Below, piece by piece: positions 8,419-16,256 of a DNA stretch of 39,346 nt; positions within the stretch are counted from its first letter, which is position 1, and every line of letters begins with the position of its first letter. The notes under the pieces were generated by a model, which ran no database searches, had not been told where the DNA came from, and was given only the letters and a program-made list of their open reading frames with translations. The position numbers were made by a program, and so were the translations under genes. The stretch is from a virus. Taxonomy: Duplodnaviria > Caudoviricetes. Location of the stretch: IMG/VR virus record IMGVR_UViG_3300044676_005142, positions 1-39,346 of that record. The stretch is one strand, 5' to 3'.

Positions 8419-9558
8419 ATGAGCGACAACGTGAAATCGCTGGCGGAACGAATGCCAGGCCCAGCGCGGAAAAAACTAACATTCACAAAACTAACGGACT
8501 TAGTTAAAGAGCGTAAGAGGATCAACTGGCTAATCCGGGATGTGATCGAGTGCGGCACGCATGGGATGTTGTTTGGCGATCCCGAATCAGGCAAAACGCT
8601 AGTGCTGTTTGATCTGCTACTGTCGATTGCGACAGGTAGCAATTGGCGTGGGAGGCCAGTTAAGCAGGGGCCGGTGTTCTATCTATGCGGCGAGGGTGCG
8701 TCAGGATTAGCGCGCCGGATGGCTGCATGGATGGTGCACCACAATATACCCGAGGATACGGACATTCCGTTTTTCACCAGCGATATGCCGGTGGGTCTTA
8801 TGGAGGAGTCATCTGCTGATGAAGTGCGTGAGGTGATCAGTGCAATGTGTATGGAGCACGGCACGCAGCCGGTGGCGGTGGGGATAGATACGCTGGCTCG
8901 CAACCTGGGGCCGGGTAACGAGAACAGCGCGCAGGATATCGGCCAGTTTATTGTGAACATTGATCAATACCTGATCGGCGGACTGGGCGCAGCAGTGTTG
9001 ACCAGCCATCACACGGGGCACGGTGATAAAGAGCGTGCACGCGGCAGTATGTCGCTGCCTGGGGCGGTGGACGTGAGTTACCGGATCGTGAAAAACGGGT
9101 TCGATCTAATGATGGAGTGCAAGAAATGTAAGGATTTTGATAAGCCACCGCCGTTCATCTTCAAGCTGATGGTGAAAGACTTGGGTTATCAGGACGATTA
9201 CGGTAAGGAGATTACAGGCGCGACGATACACCCGGTGGATGATAAGCAGTTCAACTCGGGCAGGCCGATGCTGAAAGGCGTGGACGGTGAGGTGTTTGAT
9301 TTGCTGGTTGAGCACTATCTTGCTACGCAACGGCGCTTGCAGGCCAGAGGAGAGGAGAACAGGCCGCCGCCGATACCTAAGCGTTACTGGCGCGATGAAT
9401 GTATCAAGCGAAGAGTGCAACCGCACGAAGGGCCAGGGTCACCAGGATGGGACAAGGCAAAACGGGCAGTAAATAGAAGTATGACTAAGCTGATGGACGC
9501 TGGGCACGTCCGTCAGAGACCAACTGGGGAGGATGTTTACCCGACATATCTGGGCTGA
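8419..9558 (+). CDS. AAA_25 / RSF1010 RepA-type replicative helicase
   Basis: Walker A GDPESGKT, YLCGEG, Walker B VGIDTLAR, HHTG, RGSMSL. Confidence 0.88.
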   Translation: MSDNVKSLAERMPGPARKKLTFTKLTDLVKERKRINWLIRDVIECGTHGMLFGDPESGKTLVLFDLLLSIATGSNWRGRPVKQGPVFYLCGEGASGLARRMAAWMVHHNIPEDTDIPFFTSDMPVGLMEESSADEVREVISAMCMEHGTQPVAVGIDTLARNLGPGNENSAQDIGQFIVNIDQYLIGGLGAAVLTSHHTGHGDKERARGSMSLPGAVDVSYRIVKNGFDLMMECKKCKDFDKPPPFIFKLMVKDLGYQDDYGKEITGATIHPVDDKQFNSGRPMLKGVDGEVFDLLVEHYLATQRRLQARGEENRPPPIPKRYWRDECIKRRVQPHEGPGSPGWDKAKRAVNRSMTKLMDAGHVRQRPTGEDVYPTYLG

Positions 9559-9589
9559 TTTCGGGTGGTTGCGGGGTGTCGTAATCTGC

Positions 9590-9731
9590 CGGGACAAACG
9601 GGACACTCGCACCAGCGCGAGTGTACCCGATTTTTGTCCCGGTGCAAGCAGATGACGCCGATTCACCGAAAAAAACCTTACCGGGACAATTTACCGGGAC
9701 AAACGGGACAAATTTTCAGTTACTTGTCCCG
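9590..9731. repeat. CGGGACA iteron cluster, putative replication origin
   Basis: Five direct copies (9590, 9599, 9682, 9695, 9704), two inverted copies (9635, 9725) and an ACACTCGC/GCGAGTGT hairpin, in non-coding DNA right after the helicase. Confidence 0.7.
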
Positions 9732-9899
9732 ATTTTGATATACATGCGCAACACAATGCATGTCGGAATGTGTTGCGGAAGGCGCCAACATTACCAAACG
9801 TTTAGAAATGTAGATATTCAGCCGGGAGCTGTCTATCTTGGCGGATGCCGGCGCGGAAACGCCGGCCCCTAATCACACACAACCGTAGGAGGGCTGTGG

Positions 9900-10694
9900 A
9901 TGCCTACCAAAGATTCTATCAGAGTCGGTACTTCGCATAGAACACCGATCAAGCACCGCATATTAGACATTGTTCTTGGCAAGATTGCCGGTACTGCGCC
10001 GGTTTCAAGAACGCCATGCACTTCAAACCTGAAAGTGGTGGACATGTGTGCGGGCGATGGTCAGGCGTCGGCAGAGTCTGGCCAAAGCTCTCCGGCACTC
10101 ATTGATAAGCATATCAATCACGGCAAGCTAGACGTGCGCTCGCAAGCATGTCTGTATGAGAAACAGGCAAAGACATTTGAATTGCTGCGCGAGGGTTACG
10201 GTGGGAAGACTAGGATTGAATTGCGTAACGAGGATTCAAGCGGCATCGTTTTTGCTGATTTCCTGGATTCGCCGGATGACCCACTGTTCATCTATGCCGA
10301 TCCAAACAGCCTGAGCCAACTTCCTCTGACGCAGCAGATGATCGAGGCGCAGTTGCCCAAGTTCACGACGGTGGTCATTACGATGGGCTGTAATGTTGGT
10401 GGGCTGAAGCGATTGCCGAAAGAGGATCGGGAAGACTGGTGGCGCCTGAAAGTCTTCGCGGACAAAAAGCCACGATACCACGATGCGCAGGTCTACTGGG
10501 TGAAGGGCGACGCATCGCAATGGGCGTATCTGACGATAGTGCCGAAAAAGTTTTCAGTCAGCATTCGAGACTCTGTTATGCGCAAGTGTGGCGATAGCCT
10601 GGGCTGCGCGCTTGTGGAACATGACAATCGTACCGACTGGGATGAAGTGTTCGACCGCCTGTTTCTGACAAGGGAAGAACGCAATGAAGCATGA
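9900..10694 (+). CDS. TcmP-like (three-Cys-motif partner) SAM-dependent methyltransferase-fold protein
   Basis: Motifs TPIKHRIL, VVDMCAGDG...SSP, LYEK, FIYADP. Directly upstream of a DUF5131 gene, the usual pairing. Confidence 0.7.
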   Translation: MPTKDSIRVGTSHRTPIKHRILDIVLGKIAGTAPVSRTPCTSNLKVVDMCAGDGQASAESGQSSPALIDKHINHGKLDVRSQACLYEKQAKTFELLREGYGGKTRIELRNEDSSGIVFADFLDSPDDPLFIYADPNSLSQLPLTQQMIEAQLPKFTTVVITMGCNVGGLKRLPKEDREDWWRLKVFADKKPRYHDAQVYWVKGDASQWAYLTIVPKKFSVSIRDSVMRKCGDSLGCALVEHDNRTDWDEVFDRLFLTREERNEA

Positions 10695-12135
10695 GATACC
10701 AGCAGAGCCAATCAGCAAGATCATGGCCGAGTGTTACAGTAACGACTTTGCCGGGGTTCACTACGCGGCAGAGATATTTCCAATGCCGACAGCGGATGAG
10801 TTTGCCGCGCTCTGTCAGAGTATTGAGGAATACGGACTGGAGGAGCCGTTGCTTCGCGACAAGGAAACGCGCCTGTTAGTCGATGGCCGATCACGGTTGC
10901 TCGCGTGCTTTGTTGTCAGCCAGGAACTGCGGATCGTTGATACTGATGCTGCTGACCTGGTCACGGTTTCACTGGTGCGCAACCTGCACCGGCGCCAACT
11001 GTCGTTCGACCAGAAAGCGATGGTAGGCGGTGAAGCCAAGGCAGCATTCGCCAGACAGGCGAAGGAAAGGCAGGGCGCCAGGACTGATATAAACATTCAG
11101 GCACGCGCGCCTGAATGTTTAGGCCAAGCACGCGACCAGGCCGGCAAAGCGGCAGGTGTCGGCGGCAAGTCCGTAGACAAAGCGGCAGACCTGATTGCCT
11201 ATGCGCCCAAAGAGGCCGAGCAAGTGAAGGCCGGGAAGAAGACACTTGCCCAGGCAGCGCGTGATGCTGCGCCAGTGGTCAAACAAGCGAAGGCGGAGAA
11301 GAAAGCCAAGCAGCAGGCGACCAAGCCAAGGCCGAAGCAAGTGGTGTCTGTGATTACCACAGACGGCAAAAGCGCCGAGATTAAAAAACCCGATCGCGTG
11401 GTGTTTAACCCAACCAATGAAAATGTGGATTGGGCAGCGTACACCTGGAATCCGGTCACCGGGTGCAATCACGGGTGCAAGTTCTGCTATGCGCGGGAGA
11501 TAGCCAGTGAAATGCATCGGCGCGGCGTCGGTGGGTACAACTTCAACTTTGAGCCAGCGCTGCATGAGTACCGGCTGACAGCGCCAACCAATACAAAGCC
11601 AGGTGATGGTCGTGACGGTCGCGTGTTTGTCTGCTCAATGGCCGATCTGTTTGGTAAGTGGGTTCCAGATGAATGGATCGAAAAGGTGTTCAGCGCCTGT
11701 ATGGCATCGCCAGAGTGGGAGTATATGTTCCTAACCAAATGGCCGAAGCGTTATGCAATGTTGGCCGACTTACCGCGAGCGTGGTTTGGCGCCTCGATCA
11801 TTCAACAGGTTGACGTGGCCAGAGTTGAGCGCGATATGCTGGCGTTTCATACCAGCGGGATAAAGTGGATTAGTCTTGAACCAATGCTTGAGCCTATCAC
11901 CTTCTCTGACTTGTCGTGGTGTGACATGGTAGTGATCGGGGCGCAGACCGAAACCAATCAGCCAGACGGGCGCGTGCCGGACTATGCGCCAGCGTTTGAT
12001 TGGGTGGTGGATGTGGTCAACCAGTGTCGGGAGTGGCAGGTTCCGTATTATCTGAAGCCTAATCTTGGAGTGCTGAACAAGAACAAGAATCTTGCCGGAA
12101 TGGATTTGCCGCGACCGGAGATTACGCTGCAATGA
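10684..12135 (+). CDS. ParB-like N-terminal domain fused to DUF5131 (phage Gp37/Gp68, radical-SAM-like)
   Basis: N-terminus IFPM...SIEEYGLEEP...VDGRSR...NLHRRQL. C-terminus WAAYTWNPVTGCNHGCKFCYA, VFVCSMADLF, FLTKWP, ISLEPML. Confidence 0.88.
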   Translation: MKHEIPAEPISKIMAECYSNDFAGVHYAAEIFPMPTADEFAALCQSIEEYGLEEPLLRDKETRLLVDGRSRLLACFVVSQELRIVDTDAADLVTVSLVRNLHRRQLSFDQKAMVGGEAKAAFARQAKERQGARTDINIQARAPECLGQARDQAGKAAGVGGKSVDKAADLIAYAPKEAEQVKAGKKTLAQAARDAAPVVKQAKAEKKAKQQATKPRPKQVVSVITTDGKSAEIKKPDRVVFNPTNENVDWAAYTWNPVTGCNHGCKFCYAREIASEMHRRGVGGYNFNFEPALHEYRLTAPTNTKPGDGRDGRVFVCSMADLFGKWVPDEWIEKVFSACMASPEWEYMFLTKWPKRYAMLADLPRAWFGASIIQQVDVARVERDMLAFHTSGIKWISLEPMLEPITFSDLSWCDMVVIGAQTETNQPDGRVPDYAPAFDWVVDVVNQCREWQVPYYLKPNLGVLNKNKNLAGMDLPRPEITLQ

Positions 12136-12323
12136 TCCCCAAGTGTAAAGGCGAAGGCTGTCGGGTGCGCAATCGCTGCGCCCGGCACACTAAACCCATG
12201 GGGCCGTATCTGCTCTGGGAATACCAGATCATACCGCCCCACGATATCAAGAAGCGTAAGCACGGCTGCGATGAGCGGCTGAACAAGAAAGACTGGAGGA
12301 AGCTATGTCAAACAAAAAACTAA
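12132..12323 (+). CDS. Small Cys-rich hypothetical protein
   Basis: KCKGEGCRVRNRCAR. ATGA overlap with the upstream gene. Confidence 0.6.
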   Translation: MIPKCKGEGCRVRNRCARHTKPMGPYLLWEYQIIPPHDIKKRKHGCDERLNKKDWRKLCQTKN

Positions 12324-12484
12324 CGTTCACGCGCGAACAGGCGGCGCAAGTCATGAAGAGATACTGGCCGGTGCATACCAAGGCCGAAAAGAAGTTCTTT
12401 GCCCGGTACATTGCGAGCAATGACCAGGTGTTAAAAGAATGCCTCAAGACGCGCATGAAGCAGGAGATAGAGATCGTTGAGTGA
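12305..12484 (+). CDS. Hypothetical 59-aa protein (MSNKKLTFTREQAAQ...), not in ORF track
   Basis: CTGGAGG RBS. Fills the gap in the + strand gene run. Confidence 0.6.
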   Translation: MSNKKLTFTREQAAQVMKRYWPVHTKAEKKFFARYIASNDQVLKECLKTRMKQEIEIVE

Positions 12485-12680
12485 ACACGACGACGTCATG
12501 CGTTACCTGGCGCTGCTGCCTCACATGAGAAAGGAGCAGGAGCGCCAGGGCCGAAAGCTGAAGGCGCTGCTCGATCGCCTGGGGCGCATGGAAGAGCGCA
12601 TGACCATTATCGAGCAATACTACTTGGACACCAGCCACGACGGTGTTCGGTTCTACCCACTGGAGGACGACAATGAATAA
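12477..12680 (+). CDS. Hypothetical coiled-coil protein
   Basis: AGGAG RBS, TTG start, in the operon run. Confidence 0.55.
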   Translation: MSEHDDVMRYLALLPHMRKEQERQGRKLKALLDRLGRMEERMTIIEQYYLDTSHDGVRFYPLEDDNE

Positions 12681-12880
12681 CACAGCGATACACGTAGGCG
12701 CCTATTCGCTGTTGATCGGGGCTGTTGTCGCAATAGTGATGGACCGGCAGGGCTACATAGAGCTGCTGCATGTAACGGAATTGCGAGGGATAGAGCAACG
12801 GCTGGCGTGCACGGTTGCAAATTCGGAAAGGTATTTAGAAGAAAGCGACACAACCACTGGAGGACGACAATGAATAACAC
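12657..12880 (+). repeat. 27-bp perfect direct repeat CCACTGGAGGACGACAATGAATAACAC (12657-12683, 12854-12880)
   Basis: Read directly. Each copy holds the RBS and first codons (MNNT) of consecutive genes. Confidence 0.9.
12673..12873 (+). CDS. Small membrane-anchored hypothetical protein
   Basis: Starts in repeat copy 1. N-terminal hydrophobic helix. Confidence 0.6.
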   Translation: MNNTAIHVGAYSLLIGAVVAIVMDRQGYIELLHVTELRGIEQRLACTVANSERYLEESDTTTGGRQ

Positions 12881-13046
12881 CGTGATACCCAAGCTGATCG
12901 CCAAATTGCAGCACGGGCGGATGGATGAGTGTGCAGAGGAACTGGCCGAGACAATTGTGATACTGATGGCCGTGATCGACGACCTGCACGAGGAGCTACA
13001 GGAGCTGAAAAGCATTATTGCCGTTGACCCGGAGGACATCCACTAA
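12870..13046 (+). CDS. Hypothetical protein
   Basis: Starts in repeat copy 2. Coupled to both neighbours. Confidence 0.6.
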   Translation: MNNTVIPKLIAKLQHGRMDECAEELAETIVILMAVIDDLHEELQELKSIIAVDPEDIH

Positions 13047-13552
13047 TGACCGAAACAGTCACCCGCTCGGATATGGACCGGGTCTATCGTATCATCGCGC
13101 AGATGCGCAGCGAGGCCGAGGTGGAACGCGGTGCGCGCGCCGAAACCGAAGCGAAACTGAAAAGCCAGTTAAAGGCCGTTGAGGAAAAGGTCGCACGCCT
13201 ATCTACCCGGCAGAATGACTTCGCGCAAAGTTTGCAGAAGCTCAGCAAAAGGGTGTCCATGCTGGTGCCGAAGAACATCGAGGGCGCCTTGCGCACACTG
13301 GAGTACATGAACAGCCAGGTGTTGCCGACACAGATGCGAATGCAGATACTGACCGAGCTGTGTTGCCAGCTGGACGCCCGCAACGTGAAGCCTGAAAAGT
13401 GGGAACTGTTCGTGCGCTCATGGTGGTGGGCGATGGACAACAAAAACAACGCCTGGTGGTCCGAGATGCACAATATGTCACTCGACAGCATATCGGGCCG
13501 CGTGCAGCGCGCTTACCTGGAATACACAAACGCGAAAAAAGGGAAGAAATGA
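13046..13552 (+). CDS. Hypothetical coiled-coil protein
   Basis: 168-aa ORF, GGAGG RBS, TAATG coupling. Confidence 0.7.
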   Translation: MTETVTRSDMDRVYRIIAQMRSEAEVERGARAETEAKLKSQLKAVEEKVARLSTRQNDFAQSLQKLSKRVSMLVPKNIEGALRTLEYMNSQVLPTQMRMQILTELCCQLDARNVKPEKWELFVRSWWWAMDNKNNAWWSEMHNMSLDSISGRVQRAYLEYTNAKKGKK

Positions 13553-13731
13553 GAAACGCCTGGCCAGGTTTGTTACTGATCGCATTAACGTTGATTGTGC
13601 TCGCAGTGATCGACCAGGCCAGGGCGCGCGATGCGTACCACCAGCGCCTGATCCGCTGCTATAGCGACGGCGGGTGCTGTCTTAACCCGGCAGAGTTGGA
13701 ACGACTGGAGGAGAGGAGGCGCAAGCAATGA
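13549..13731 (+). CDS. Small membrane-anchored hypothetical protein
   Basis: MRNAWPGLLLIALTLIVLAVI. ATGA overlaps at both ends. Confidence 0.6.
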   Translation: MRNAWPGLLLIALTLIVLAVIDQARARDAYHQRLIRCYSDGGCCLNPAELERLEERRRKQ

Positions 13732-13880
13732 TGACGGATGAAGATAGTGAACGGTTGATCAAGGCGCTGCTTAGCTATATCGACGAGCTGAGAAACGCAT
13801 TAAACGACGCAGATGAGGGGCTTGAGTATTACGCGCAGGAGACGAAAAAACTGAGGGCAGAGTTGGAACGACTGGAGGAG
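13689..13880 (+). repeat. 25-bp perfect direct repeat GGCAGAGTTGGAACGACTGGAGGAG (13689-13713, 13856-13880)
   Basis: Read directly. Encodes AELERLEE near the 3' end of two consecutive genes and ends in an SD-like GGAGG. Confidence 0.9.
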
Positions 13881-13919
13881 TCAGATGCAGCACAAGTGGG
13901 CGGTTTACGCCAACCCTGA
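13728..13919 (+). CDS. Hypothetical coiled-coil protein
   Basis: AGGAGG RBS. Lies between the 25-bp repeats. Confidence 0.6.
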   Translation: MMTDEDSERLIKALLSYIDELRNALNDADEGLEYYAQETKKLRAELERLEESDAAQVGGLRQP

Positions 13920-14331
13920 AAAGTTTGGTAATGTAATGCAACAGATCAGTGATTTTGTTGCACGCGAAGCATTGGAAGGCGGCAAGCCGCAGCTGGTCAC
14001 GGTATCGCCGCTGCACGAGGCCAGGCGCACCGATGCGCAGAACCGATTTATGTGGCCCATGATGCAGCAGATCGCAGACGGTATGAACGCCGTGCAGCAA
14101 CAGGCCGACGCGCTGATCACCAAAGAGCACGTCAAGGTGTATCTGGTGCGCAAGTATTTCGGCGTGGACAAGCGGGAAATTGACGGCGAGCCGGTAGTGA
14201 TCGAGAAAAGCACAGCGAAAATGAGCCGATCAGAAATGGTTTACCTGATCGACAGCGCGATGGCCTGGGCAGCTGATAGAGGCTTTGCTGTCATGGTGCC
14301 AAAGGAATATCAAGAGTGGGCGCGTGAATAG
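13885..14331 (+). CDS. ninB: NinB/YbcN-like recombination protein
   Basis: Motifs RRTDAQNRFMWPMMQQIA and STAKMSRSEMVYLID. Confidence 0.75.
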   Translation: MQHKWAVYANPEKFGNVMQQISDFVAREALEGGKPQLVTVSPLHEARRTDAQNRFMWPMMQQIADGMNAVQQQADALITKEHVKVYLVRKYFGVDKREIDGEPVVIEKSTAKMSRSEMVYLIDSAMAWAADRGFAVMVPKEYQEWARE

Positions 14332-14548
14332 CACTGAGGCGCACGCAGAGGCTCGTAGAGCAGCAGAACAGCACCGGCTGGAGTGTGAGGCGAGGACGTG
14401 GTTGCGACTATGCGACTACGACCCGCAGCGAATACGCGCCAAGCTGGCGCAATTAGAAAAAAAGCGCGGCAATGTGGACAAGTTGCGCGACGAGATGAGG
14501 AAGCAATGGCCCGTCAATATCCGGAGTTTGAACTCTGCAAGAAAATAA
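14324..14548 (+). CDS. Phage hypothetical protein
   Basis: EQHRLECEARTWLR...EKKRG...LRDEMRKQW resembles a recurrent small proteobacterial phage protein. GTG start inferred. Confidence 0.6.
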   Translation: MNSTEAHAEARRAAEQHRLECEARTWLRLCDYDPQRIRAKLAQLEKKRGNVDKLRDEMRKQWPVNIRSLNSARK

Positions 14549-14967
14549 TGAACTACTGGCGGGCGCAAAACCCGTCGGTACCCAGCCACCTGTTTCACAT
14601 ACCAAACGAAGGCAAGATGAGCCACCGCGCCGGCGCCAGGTTGAACCATATCGGCAGGCGTAAAGGTGTCGCGGACTACTGCTGTATTATCCCCAGCGGC
14701 AGGTATTCGCAACTGTGGATGGAGGTCAAATGCGGCAGCAACAGCCCAGACGAGGCGCAGCTACAGTTCCTACACGATGTGCGGATACAAGGCGCCGCTG
14801 CGGTAGTGGTTTGGACTATCGACGAGGCCACGTCTGTGCTCGCCAACTGGATGAACGATACCCCCGATAACCTGGGCTGGATGTTTGAGGCTGACACGCG
14901 CAAACTACGCACAGCGGCTTACAGGGCAGGTGCGCAATGCGACAGGACAGTTACGGTATTCGGGTGA
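14506..14967 (+). CDS. VRR-NUC family nuclease (Holliday junction resolvase-like)
   Basis: Motifs LFHIPNEG, GRRKGVAD, LWMEVK, EAQLQF. Start reassigned to ATG 14506. Confidence 0.85.
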   Translation: MARQYPEFELCKKIMNYWRAQNPSVPSHLFHIPNEGKMSHRAGARLNHIGRRKGVADYCCIIPSGRYSQLWMEVKCGSNSPDEAQLQFLHDVRIQGAAAVVVWTIDEATSVLANWMNDTPDNLGWMFEADTRKLRTAAYRAGAQCDRTVTVFG

Positions 14968-15041
14968 TGCTCGGGATGGTGGGGCTAACCGTGGTATGGA
15001 CGGCGACGATTCTTATTGTTATCGCCACCGCCGCAGACTCG

Positions 15042-15779
15042 TTACTGCCGGGGCCGGCGCAACCGGAGGAGTCCTATCAGCCCCAAGCCCAGCAATGCAG
15101 CGCTACCCGGTGACGATACTTCCTGAGGATCGACAACACAGTCACCTACACAAGCCACTTGGTAATTGCCAAAACCGAAACCAGACAGGCCGGATTGACC
15201 ATCCAGCCCATCAAGACCGCCGACTTTCACGCCCAATTGACCAGAGCCCGCGTCACCGACTGATGTTGCAGCGCCGAGGAAGTTGGCATCAGTGATCTCT
15301 GTCGCGGTGTCAAACAACCCGTTAGTATCACCATCGACGCCGGTGAAATACTGAAGCGCGAATTCAAGAGGCAGGTCAATACCAGTCACGCCGCCGCCAG
15401 GTGCGTCTAAGCCATAAGTGAATGTGATGCTGCTACCACCGCCAGCGCCCGGTACGTTTGCGGGATCAAACTCTGCGGTCCAGCCAGTAGATAGCCCGGT
15501 GATGTCCCAGTTGCGGCTATCTGATTCAAACAGGTTGAAGTAAAACTGCTGCATTTTTGCGTCAGGCTGATCCAACCGCATCGCCGCAGAAAAGTCTACG
15601 TCAAAGTCGAAAATAGAGCTGTCACCAACACGCTGCGCACCATCGACGCGAACGTCAATCGCGGTTGCGATGTTCGGGTCACGGATGTCGCCAGAAATGA
15701 CGGCGCTTACCGTGTTAATTGCGGTGGCGTGTGCCACCAGCGGGGCGGCAAGTGCTGCCGCAGTAATAAAACGCTTCAT
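15042..15779 (-). CDS. Secreted protein with a PEP-CTERM-like sorting tail (moron)
   Basis: Signal peptide MKRFITAAALAAPLVAHA, acidic Gly/Asp/Thr-rich body, C-terminus VSSPGSAALLGLGLIGLLRLRRPRQ. Inverted relative to its neighbours. Confidence 0.85.
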   Translation of the reverse strand: MKRFITAAALAAPLVAHATAINTVSAVISGDIRDPNIATAIDVRVDGAQRVGDSSIFDFDVDFSAAMRLDQPDAKMQQFYFNLFESDSRNWDITGLSTGWTAEFDPANVPGAGGGSSITFTYGLDAPGGGVTGIDLPLEFALQYFTGVDGDTNGLFDTATEITDANFLGAATSVGDAGSGQLGVKVGGLDGLDGQSGLSGFGFGNYQVACVGDCVVDPQEVSSPGSAALLGLGLIGLLRLRRPRQ

Positions 15780-15827
15780 GTAAATACCCTTGCAAGGTTG
15801 AGTTGGTGGGCAACATCCAACGATGCA

Positions 15828-15842
15828 GCCATCAGCGTGCCC
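15828..15842 (-). promoter_or_regulatory. Candidate sigma54 -24/-12 promoter of the PEP-CTERM-like gene
   Basis: Minus strand GGGCACGCTGATGGC gives GG-N10-GC, with two mismatches to TGGCACG-N4-TTGC, about 50 nt upstream of the ATG. Confidence 0.35.
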
Positions 15843-15908
15843 ATAGACATAATCGCACCGCTGTGGTAGTTGTGCAATAATACAGCATGCGTTACGAGTG
15901 GTCAGTGA

Positions 15909-16256
15909 ATGGCAGGGTTGTGGCAGTCACGGAGGACATCTATACGCCACCTGTTGATACCAGCGATGGCGATACTGTCCGCTGCCGGGTGTACAACGCA
16001 GTTTGTAGAGTTCCAAGGCGCGTGCGTGATTCAGCAATGGGGCTTTGCGAGCGTAGTGGTGAGGCGCCGAACACTGTGCGATCTGCCGCCACCGGACTTA
16101 GTGACCGAGGGCCATCTGCGGGACCGGGAAGCGATGGATGTGAACCCGTTTCCTGATGCGTTCGATTTCAAGAACGAAGCGGACACCATTGACCCAAACC
16201 TACTGGAAAAGAAGTTGGGCGTTCCGCCCTCTGAGGATGATTTGAAAGGTGAGTAG
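15909..16256 (+). CDS. Putative lipoprotein
   Basis: RHLLIPAMAILSAAG-C lipobox-like signal. True start may be 15942. Confidence 0.55.
   Translation: MAGLWQSRRTSIRHLLIPAMAILSAAGCTTQFVEFQGACVIQQWGFASVVVRRRTLCDLPPPDLVTEGHLRDREAMDVNPFPDAFDFKNEADTIDPNLLEKKLGVPPSEDDLKGE

Noticed and set aside
12657-13880. CRISPR-like mini-array from the 27-bp and 25-bp repeats
   Set aside because: Only two copies each, spacing of about 170-200 bp, coding context and no cas genes.
14937-15113. 58-aa + strand ORF with one TM helix
   Set aside because: Overlaps both the VRR-NUC end and the antisense PEP-CTERM tail. May be a remnant, but support is too weak.
15887-16156. 89-aa ORF whose start resembles an Ig-repeat fragment (YEWSVNG...DTVRCRV)
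   Set aside because: Overlaps the better-supported lipoprotein frame, has no clear RBS, and the resemblance covers under 40 residues. Not fully excluded.
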